DNA of 14,652 nucleotides, from contig JBBIOR010000002.1 of assembly GCA_037443265.1 (NCBI GenBank), positions 22,755-37,406 on the forward strand, read 5' to 3'. The notes beneath the pieces are model-generated. The model had not been told where the DNA came from. It was given only the letters and a program-made list of their open reading frames with translations, and did not search any database. The DNA comes from Candidatus Fraserbacteria bacterium. Lineage in GTDB: Bacteria > Bipolaricaulota > Bipolaricaulia > RBG-16-55-9. Every line of letters begins with the position of its first letter. Within the stretch, counting starts at the first letter, position 1. The translations under genes and the position numbers were made by a program. This document shows, piece after piece, positions 1-5,930 of the stretch.

Positions 1-95
1 ATCTGGCCTCGAATGTTGCGCAGTCTCTTGATCGTCTCCATTCTCACCGTGGGCCGCATGGTGAGTTGGGTGCAGCATGCTTCTCGTGTGGCCAT
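1..95 (-). CDS. CsoR/RcnR-family metal/sulfur-sensing transcriptional repressor, N-terminal part only (runs off the left edge)
   Basis: Manual translation from ATG at 95: MATREACCTQLTMRPTVRMETIKRLRNIRGQ(I). RLRNIRGQI matches the family helix-1 motif RLxRIxGQ(V/I). AAGGAG RBS at 109-104, and a CsoR-type operator upstream at 165-183. Confidence 0.85.
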   Translation of the reverse strand, partial: MATREACCTQLTMRPTVRMETIKRLRNIRGQ

Positions 96-147
96 TGCGA
101 TCACTCCTTGGTAGTTGTTGAGTTTAGATCTACAAAGGGGTGTTGTC

Positions 148-163
148 TGTAAGCCGGCTTACA
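148..163. promoter_or_regulatory. Perfect 16-bp palindrome TGTAAGCC|GGCTTACA; candidate transcription factor site or hairpin core
   Basis: Read directly. Geometry TGTAA-N6-TTACA matches CRP/FNR-family spacing (TGTGA-N6-TCACA; NtcA TGTA-N8-TACA). It overlaps the predicted start site of the csoR-like promoter. Confidence 0.5.
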
Positions 164-164
164 C

Positions 165-183
165 TACACCCCCCTGGGGTGTA
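165..183. promoter_or_regulatory. CsoR/RcnR-type operator TACACCCC-CCT-GGGGTGTA
   Basis: Perfect 8-bp inverted repeat with TAC...GTA ends flanking C/G tracts, the established architecture of CsoR/RcnR/FrmR operators. It lies about 70 bp upstream of the csoR-like ATG, in the spacer of a possible minus-strand promoter (CTGATT 190-185, 18 nt, TAGTGT 166-161). Confidence 0.75.
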
Positions 184-252
184 TAATCAGATCAAGCCCT
201 GGCGCTCCAGTTCGCCCAAGCAGCAGACGGATCAACTTCTGGGCTTGGAGGC

Positions 253-339
253 CTAGACCATCTCTTCTGGGCCAGAGACGCCGTAGATGAGATGCCCCAT
301 AAAGCTGCCCAGCACCAGCAAGGGAGCATTCCTGCGCAT
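253..339 (-). pseudogene. 28-aa ORF, possible remnant of a membrane-protein gene
   Basis: Translates MRRNAPLLVLGSFMGHLIYGVSGPEEMV*. GSFMGHLIYGV resembles the C-terminal 'SLxGHLxYG' helix of uncharacterised small membrane protein families. No clear RBS. Confidence 0.3.
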
Positions 340-350
340 TAAAACATGAT

Positions 351-385
351 GCTCTGCAGCTGATCTGTCAGCGTGTTTACAGAGC
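351..385 (-). terminator. Imperfect stem-loop downstream of the FAD-subunit gene; possible terminator of the hcr-like operon
   Basis: GCTCTG(351-356)/CAGAGC(380-385) outer stem and GCTGA(359-363)/TCAGC(368-372) inner stem, 16 nt after the stop at 402. The minus-strand T-tract (TGTTTT) is offset by several nt, so termination efficiency is doubtful. Confidence 0.35.
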
Positions 386-401
386 TTCCCTCTAGGGGAT
401 T

Positions 402-1436
402 TTATTGAGAAGTCAATGCCAGTAGTGCACGCTTGACGTAGACGGCCGCCATGCGCTTCCTGTAGAAGAGATGATAGTCTGTGTTGTCCAGCGGGCGCAC
501 GGGCTGGAAGACCACTTGGGCCACGGCCTCAAGCACTTCGGGCGCAATCTTCTGCCCAATCAAGAGCTGCTCGGCTTGGGTCATCTGCAGGGGAGAAGAG
601 CCCACCCCGCCCAGCACGATCTTCGCATGCTCCACCCTTCCATCCGGTGCTTGTTTTAACGCCACGGCCACCCCCAGCACCGGGAAATCAAACGAGCCGC
701 GCCGACGCAGTTTCCAGTACGTGCTTTTGGCACCGTTGGCCGGGGGTATGTGAATTTCCGTAACCAGCTCATCGTGTTGCTTATTGAGATAGAACATGCC
801 ATCGTCACGATAGAGATCTCTTACGGGAATGAGGCGTTCACCATTGCGGCTGATGAGCTTCACTTTGGCATCGAGCGCGATGAGCATGGGTGCGCTGTCA
901 GTGGATGAGACGGCCCAGCAGCGTGGGCTGCCGGGGGCCACACGACAGGGGACTTCGTTTTTTTCAGGAGCCGACTCTGGTGCAAAGGGCCAGCCCTTGG
1001 GGCCGGGAGCTTTCATGCACCAGCCGAGGGCCGCGCGCCAATGGTGCGTCTGATCGTAATAATTGCAGCGGGTGTCCAGACACAAATTGCCACCGATGGT
1101 GCCCATGTTTCTCAAAATGGGTGTGGAGATGACCCCCGTAGCTGTTGCCAGGCCGGGATAGCTCTCTCGCACCATGGGATGATTGCTGACTTCGGTGAGC
1201 GAGGTGCCCGCCTTTATGACGAGACCAGAATGTGCGTTGCCCTGAATACCCTTTAGTTCGTTCAGATGGCGGAGCCCGATGAGGTATTTGGGCAGAAATT
1301 GCCGTCGTTTCATCTTGGGGTAGACGTCGGTGCCTCCGGCGACGGGCATGGCCTCTGGCCCATAGTCCGCGAGCATCTTCACGGCTTCGCTCAGCGACTT
1401 GGGCGCAAGATATTCGAATCTGGGCAGGCGTAGCAC
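402..1436 (-). CDS. FAD-binding medium subunit with [4Fe-4S] insertion, 4-hydroxybenzoyl-CoA reductase beta (HcrB/HbaD)-like
   Basis: AGGTD and RNMGTIGGNL FAD motifs, KLRRRGSFDF, and Cys motif C124-X15-C140-X23-C164-X8-C173 typical of the 4Fe-4S-carrying subfamily. GTG start with AGGAG RBS. Confidence 0.92.
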   Translation of the reverse strand: MLRLPRFEYLAPKSLSEAVKMLADYGPEAMPVAGGTDVYPKMKRRQFLPKYLIGLRHLNELKGIQGNAHSGLVIKAGTSLTEVSNHPMVRESYPGLATATGVISTPILRNMGTIGGNLCLDTRCNYYDQTHHWRAALGWCMKAPGPKGWPFAPESAPEKNEVPCRVAPGSPRCWAVSSTDSAPMLIALDAKVKLISRNGERLIPVRDLYRDDGMFYLNKQHDELVTEIHIPPANGAKSTYWKLRRRGSFDFPVLGVAVALKQAPDGRVEHAKIVLGGVGSSPLQMTQAEQLLIGQKIAPEVLEAVAQVVFQPVRPLDNTDYHLFYRKRMAAVYVKRALLALTSQ

Positions 1437-1451
1437 GAGTGTTTATCTCCT

Positions 1452-1682
1452 TTAGCTCTTCAACAAGCGTAGAAACTCGTCGCGTGAGATCTGCAAGTCG
1501 CGCATGATCTTTCGAAGAAGTCCAGGACCGATGTCTTGGCCTCCATGTATCGGGATGGGAATCGTCTTTTTGCCAGGCTTTGTGTAGTGTGCATGTCCAC
1601 CCCTGTGCCGAGCCTTATGATAGCCGAGCCGTTCCAGCACGCGGATTACCTCGCGCGCTTTCAACACCGGCAGGCGATTCAT
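1452..1682 (-). CDS. hicA: HicA-family mRNA interferase toxin
   Basis: 76 aa, basic; LP(V)LKAREVIRVLERLGY...RHRGGH...IPIHGGQDIGPGLLRKIMRD, the HicA pattern with catalytic His retained. 4-nt ATGA overlap with hicB. Confidence 0.92.
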   Translation of the reverse strand: MNRLPVLKAREVIRVLERLGYHKARHRGGHAHYTKPGKKTIPIPIHGGQDIGPGLLRKIMRDLQISRDEFLRLLKS

Positions 1683-1924
1683 ACTGTAATCTTGTGGATA
1701 CCGACAAATCGAACCTCAGGTTCATCTTCACCGTTTTCTTCCTCAAGGCAGAGTTGGATGACTTCCTTGATGTTCTTCATAAGTTCATCCAGAGTGCGGC
1801 CTTGAGTATAGCAAGCCTGTAGCTGAGGGACCTCACCAACATAAAAACCGTCCTCGTCTTGCTCAACGATAACGTAGAACTCTCGCTGCTTTCGCTTTTG
1901 GTCTACCTTTAGGGATTTAGGCAT
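1679..1924 (-). CDS. hicB: Short HicB-family antitoxin (partial RNase H fold only)
   Basis: FYVIVEQDEDGFYVGEVPQLQACYTQGRTLDELMKNIKEVIQLCLE is the HicB core. Start placed at ATG 1924 because GAGGTG lies 6 nt upstream; the ORF-track GTG at 1933 is inside that RBS. Confidence 0.9.
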   Translation of the reverse strand: MPKSLKVDQKRKQREFYVIVEQDEDGFYVGEVPQLQACYTQGRTLDELMKNIKEVIQLCLEEENGEDEPEVRFVGIHKITV

Positions 1925-1959
1925 ATAACTCACCTCATGTTATTCTACTCCGTCACATC

Positions 1960-4344
1960 TCAGTTGTCTTCCAAGCTTTTGGGCGGCTCGACCTTGATGG
2001 GATCGGGAAATTTATAGTCGGGAATCCCCTCCGGGCCAACACGCGCTAGCCTGCCCTTCGCTTTCTCTTCCAGAGCTTTCAGCACCTTCTCCGGCGTGAT
2101 CGGGATCTCATCCATTCTAATCCCCAGAGCGTTGTAAACGGCGTTGGCCACCGCTGGAATGACGGGATTAAGCGGCCCCTGGCCCGCTTCTTTGGCCCCA
2201 AAGGGTCCCCGCGGCTCGTCCGTCTCAACGAGAATCGACTCTACTTCTGGCATCTCTTTGAATGTCAAGCTCTTATAGTCGAGCAACGAAGGGCACTTGT
2301 GAAGATTTTTGCGAAAGATCTGCTCTTCCATCAGCGCTTCACCCAGGGCCATATAGACGCTCCCCTCGATCTGGCCCTCGACCAGCAGGGGATTGATCGC
2401 CCGCCCAATGTCATGCGCCAGCCAGATCTTCTCGACTCTCACAGCGCCCGTCTCTGAGTCGCAATCCACTTGGGCCACACAAGCGGAAAAGCTGTAGGCG
2501 GGCGAAGGACCCACACCTGAACCCTTGTAATTGCCCATCTTCTGAGGGGGCTTATAGCTGCCTACAGCCCCGATTAAGCCAAATCGAGCTTCCGCACTGC
2601 GTGCGGCCTCCGCAAAAGAGAGAGCCCGCTTGGGATCTTCTCTGTCGAAGATGCGCCGCTCTTTAGCGACTAAATTTTTGACCGGCACGCCCAGTCTCTC
2701 TGCCGCGGCCTTGAAGACGAGTTTGCGGGCTTTCATCGCAGCTTGATAGGCCGCGTTGCCCATCATCATCGTCACCCGACTGGAATAGCTTCCCAAATCA
2801 ATGGGCGTCAAGTCTGTGTCGGCCGTGACCAGCTTGATGTCTTGGGGGTAGAGCCCCAGCACCTCGGCAATGACCGTCGCCAGCACCGTGTCTGAGCCCT
2901 GGCCAATATCAATCGCACCGGAGAATGCTGTGACTGCACCCGTGCGGTCGATCTTGATTTGCACTTCCGAGTGGGGCATGTCATTCCAGTAGATGGGCAG
3001 TCCAGCCCCACAGATATATGTGCTGCAGGCAAAGCCTACTCCCTTTCCTGGAGGTAGTTTCTTGTATTTCTCCCTCCAGCCCGAGGCTTCGATCACTCTT
3101 TCAATGCATTTCTTGAGGCCGTTGCTGGTGATCTTGAGCCAGTTGACGGTGATGTGATTGGACCCCGTAAGATTTCTCAGGCGCAGCGTGATGGGATCTA
3201 TCTTCAAATCTTCGGCGAGCTTGTCCAGGTGAATCTCCAGGGCATAGCGCGGCTGGGGGGTGCCATGGCCCCGCTTGGGGCCGCAGGGTGGCTTATTAGT
3301 AAAAACCCGCATCCCCTGAAAGCGATACGCGGGAATCTTGTAAGTGACCGTCTGGAGCGCGCCGGTGTAATACGTGCTGGCGACCCCGTAGGAGCCGTAG
3401 GCCCCGCCGTCTAGAAAAGATTTGAAATGCATAGCTGTGATCTTCCCATTCTTCTTGACGCCCGTCTTCACCCACATCAGCACGGGATGGCGGCCTCGAT
3501 GGGCATAGAACACTTCCTCGCGGGTGAGCGTGATCTTGACAGGGTGCCCCGTCAAGAGGCTGAGCTTGGCTGCACAGATCTCGTGTGAGAAGGGATCGTC
3601 CTTTCCGCCGAAGCCTCCGCCTACGGGGGGAGCGACCACCCGAATCTTCTGCTCCGGCAATTGGAGCACTTTCGCCAAGGCGCGATGGACATAATGGGGC
3701 GTCTGGGTTGAACTCCAAAGAGTCAGCTTCTCTTCAGCGGGGTCCCAGTATGCCAAGGCCGAGTGCTGCTCCATGGGAAGATGCGTGTTGCCCTGATAGA
3801 AGAAGACGTCTTCGCGAATATGATCCGCCTCGGCAAAGCCCGCGTCTACCTCGCCGAACTCCAGAGAGACTAATTTGTGAATATTGCCCTCGGGGCCGTA
3901 GTCGTGGATGCGCGGCTCTTGGGTGTTGAGAGCTTCTTCAATGGACATGATGGGCTTAAGCGGCTCGTATTCGATGTGAATGAGTGCGAGGGCTTCTTCT
4001 GCGATTTCTTCATCGATGGCGGCCACGGCCGCCACAGGCTCGCCCACATAACGAACCTTCTCGACGGCCAGGGCCGTCTCGTCTTGGGAGACGGGCATGA
4101 TGCCGTACTTGATGGGCAGATCTCTTCCCGTGATGACGGCCAGCACTCCAGGCAAGCTTTCGGCTCTGCTGGTGTCGATGCGCTTGATGAGCGCATGGGG
4201 CTGCGTGCTGGGCAGGAGGCGTCCAAAGAGCATCCTTGGCAGATAAAGATCGTCGGCATATTTGGCGCGTCCGGTGACTTTGGCCCAGGCGTCCACACGG
4301 GCAAGGGGCTGGCCGATCACAGAGAATTCCTTCGTTTTGCTCAT
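1960..4344 (-). CDS. Molybdopterin-binding large subunit, xanthine dehydrogenase family, 4-hydroxybenzoyl-CoA reductase alpha (HcrA/HbaC)-like
   Basis: KVTGRAKYADD, STQ, GGGFGGK, PPCGPKRGHG, DIGQGS, DLGSYSSRVT, GQIEG, GPFGAKEAGQ. RGHG, GSYSSRVT and GAKEA are characteristic of the Hcr clade. 4-nt overlap with the small subunit gene. Confidence 0.93.
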   Translation of the reverse strand: MSKTKEFSVIGQPLARVDAWAKVTGRAKYADDLYLPRMLFGRLLPSTQPHALIKRIDTSRAESLPGVLAVITGRDLPIKYGIMPVSQDETALAVEKVRYVGEPVAAVAAIDEEIAEEALALIHIEYEPLKPIMSIEEALNTQEPRIHDYGPEGNIHKLVSLEFGEVDAGFAEADHIREDVFFYQGNTHLPMEQHSALAYWDPAEEKLTLWSSTQTPHYVHRALAKVLQLPEQKIRVVAPPVGGGFGGKDDPFSHEICAAKLSLLTGHPVKITLTREEVFYAHRGRHPVLMWVKTGVKKNGKITAMHFKSFLDGGAYGSYGVASTYYTGALQTVTYKIPAYRFQGMRVFTNKPPCGPKRGHGTPQPRYALEIHLDKLAEDLKIDPITLRLRNLTGSNHITVNWLKITSNGLKKCIERVIEASGWREKYKKLPPGKGVGFACSTYICGAGLPIYWNDMPHSEVQIKIDRTGAVTAFSGAIDIGQGSDTVLATVIAEVLGLYPQDIKLVTADTDLTPIDLGSYSSRVTMMMGNAAYQAAMKARKLVFKAAAERLGVPVKNLVAKERRIFDREDPKRALSFAEAARSAEARFGLIGAVGSYKPPQKMGNYKGSGVGPSPAYSFSACVAQVDCDSETGAVRVEKIWLAHDIGRAINPLLVEGQIEGSVYMALGEALMEEQIFRKNLHKCPSLLDYKSLTFKEMPEVESILVETDEPRGPFGAKEAGQGPLNPVIPAVANAVYNALGIRMDEIPITPEKVLKALEEKAKGRLARVGPEGIPDYKFPDPIKVEPPKSLEDN

Positions 4345-4826
4345 GGTGTTATTTTAGTAGAAGAGGGTCGCGCTGCCGCCAGCTCTACGGCTTCGATGAT
4401 TTTTAAATACCCCGTGCAACGGCAGAGATTGCCCGAAAGCGCTTCTTTGATCTCTTCGCGTGAGGGGCTTGGGTTTCTGTCAAGAAGAACTTGCGCTGCG
4501 ACTAGCATCCCCGGCGTGCAGTAGCCGCATTGGGCCGCTCCACGCTCAGCGAACGTGATTTGCAGGGGATGCAGCCGGCCATTCTGCTCTAAGCCCTCGA
4601 CGGTTGTGATCTCATGGCCCTGTGCTTCGATGGCCAGAGTTAAGCACGAGAGCACCAGCTCGCCGTCTATTAGAACGGTGCAGGTGCCGCACTCGCCCAG
4701 CTCGCAGCCATGCTTGGTGCCCGTCAGCTTGAGCTCCTCGCGCAACACCTCGAGGAGGGTCTTCTGAGCAGGCACGGCTAGTTCATAGCGCTCGCCGTTG
4801 ACACATAACTGGATGAGATGCTTCAT
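4341..4826 (-). CDS. 2x[2Fe-2S] small subunit (HcrC/CoxS/XdhC-type)
   Basis: GTKHGCELGECGTCTV...SC and QCGYCTPG...NLCRCTGY motifs. Confidence 0.96.
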   Translation of the reverse strand: MKHLIQLCVNGERYELAVPAQKTLLEVLREELKLTGTKHGCELGECGTCTVLIDGELVLSCLTLAIEAQGHEITTVEGLEQNGRLHPLQITFAERGAAQCGYCTPGMLVAAQVLLDRNPSPSREEIKEALSGNLCRCTGYLKIIEAVELAAARPSSTKITP

Positions 4827-4834
4827 GCCGCTCC

Positions 4835-4864
4835 AGTCTAAGCAACTGGCAGTAGGGTTGTCAA
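4835..4864 (-). promoter_or_regulatory. Sigma70-type promoter for the hcrCAB-like operon
   Basis: TTGACA (4864-4859), 18 nt, TAGACT (4840-4835). The ATG is only 8 nt beyond the -10 box. Confidence 0.6.
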
Positions 4865-4866
4865 TC

Positions 4867-4896
4867 TTGAATTGCTTCAGTCCCGACTGCTATTGT
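4867..4896 (+). promoter_or_regulatory. Sigma70-type promoter for the moeB-like gene
   Basis: TTGAAT (4867-4872), 18 nt, TATTGT (4891-4896), with extended -10 TGn. Confidence 0.5.
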
Positions 4897-4914
4897 CTTT
4901 ACTGTGAGAGTACG

Positions 4915-5928
4915 ATGAGCAGGCCTTATGATCGCCAGATTCGCTTTGCCGGCATCGGCCAAAAGGGACAAGCAAAGCTTCAAAAAGCCCGCGTGGTCCT
5001 CGTCGGCTTAGGCGCCATCGGCTCCGTGCTCGCAGAAAGAATTACCCGAGCCGGCGTGGGATTTTTACGCCTCATCGATCGAGATTTCGTCGAGCCGGAG
5101 AATCTCCACAGCCAGGCGCTCTACGACGAGGAAGACGCAAAGCAGTGCCTTCCCAAGGCCATCGCCGCCGAGAGGAGATTGAGAGCGCTTAACTCCGAGG
5201 TGACCATCGAAGCCCTCGTAGTCGATCTCAACCCGGAGAACGCCGAAGAGTTACTGACAGATGCAGATCTCATCGCAGATGGCACGGATAATTTCGAGAC
5301 ACGCTTTCTCATCAACGACGTCTGCGTCAAGTCTCGCACGCCCTGGATCTATAGCTCAGCCGTGGAGAGCTATGGCACCACCATGACGATCCGTCCAGGC
5401 GAGACGCCCTGCTTGCGCTGCCTTTACCCCGAACTTCCCACGCCCGGCACCCTGCCCACCTGCGAGACGAGCGGCCTTTTGGGCAGCATCCCAAGTACCA
5501 TCGCCTCCATCGCCTCGGCTGAGGCCCTCAAGCTGCTCGTGGGAGGAGGCACGCCCAATCCCGGTCTACTGTACCTGGATCTCTGGGAGGGCCAATGGAA
5601 AGCCTTTCCGGTGAAACGGCGAATGGATTGCCCAACGTGCGCCTTGGGACGCTTCGAGTATCTGGACGCTCAAGGAGAGACCATGGCTGCCACGCTTTGC
5701 GGGCGAGATGCCGTCCAGCTTCGCTGCGCTCACTCCAAAGCGCTGGATCTGGTCGCGCTTGCCGCGCGCCTTCGCTCCGCAGGCGATGTCCGGCTGAACG
5801 AATATCTTTTGCAGTTCCGAGATGAGGGCATCGAGATCGTGCTCTTTGCCGATGGTCGGGCCATCATCAAAGGGGCGTCCAATGTGTCCACCGCCCGCCG
5901 CTGGTACGCCAAATACATTGGCCTATAG
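4915..5928 (+). CDS. MoeB/ThiF-family E1-like adenylyltransferase with C-terminal extension
   Basis: YDRQI, GLGAIG, IDRDFVE, DGTDNF, Zn pairs CLRC and CPTC, TCETSG Cys, C-terminal TLCGRDAVQ...FADGRAIIKG. Start moved to ATG 4915 because the longer ORF overlaps the divergent gene and the promoters. Confidence 0.92.
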   Translation: MSRPYDRQIRFAGIGQKGQAKLQKARVVLVGLGAIGSVLAERITRAGVGFLRLIDRDFVEPENLHSQALYDEEDAKQCLPKAIAAERRLRALNSEVTIEALVVDLNPENAEELLTDADLIADGTDNFETRFLINDVCVKSRTPWIYSSAVESYGTTMTIRPGETPCLRCLYPELPTPGTLPTCETSGLLGSIPSTIASIASAEALKLLVGGGTPNPGLLYLDLWEGQWKAFPVKRRMDCPTCALGRFEYLDAQGETMAATLCGRDAVQLRCAHSKALDLVALAARLRSAGDVRLNEYLLQFRDEGIEIVLFADGRAIIKGASNVSTARRWYAKYIGL

Positions 5929-5930
5929 AT

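Noticed and set aside
1445..1961. 5-bp direct repeat (ATCTC at 1445-1449 and 1957-1961) flanking hicBA as a target-site duplication
   Set aside because: Too short to exceed chance, no terminal inverted repeats, and excision between the copies would weaken the FAD-subunit RBS.
1960..4344. Aerobic CO dehydrogenase (coxL) call
   Set aside because: Lacks the AYxCSFR (form I) or AYRGAGR (form II) loop; has PKRGHG instead.
3877..4524. 215-aa + strand ORF and other short ORFs overlapping the Mo-enzyme genes
   Set aside because: Antisense or alternate-frame artefacts with no motif support.
4798..4914. 39-aa N-terminal extension of MoeB in the ORF track
   Set aside because: TTG start overlaps the divergent gene and both promoters; family similarity begins at ATG 4915.
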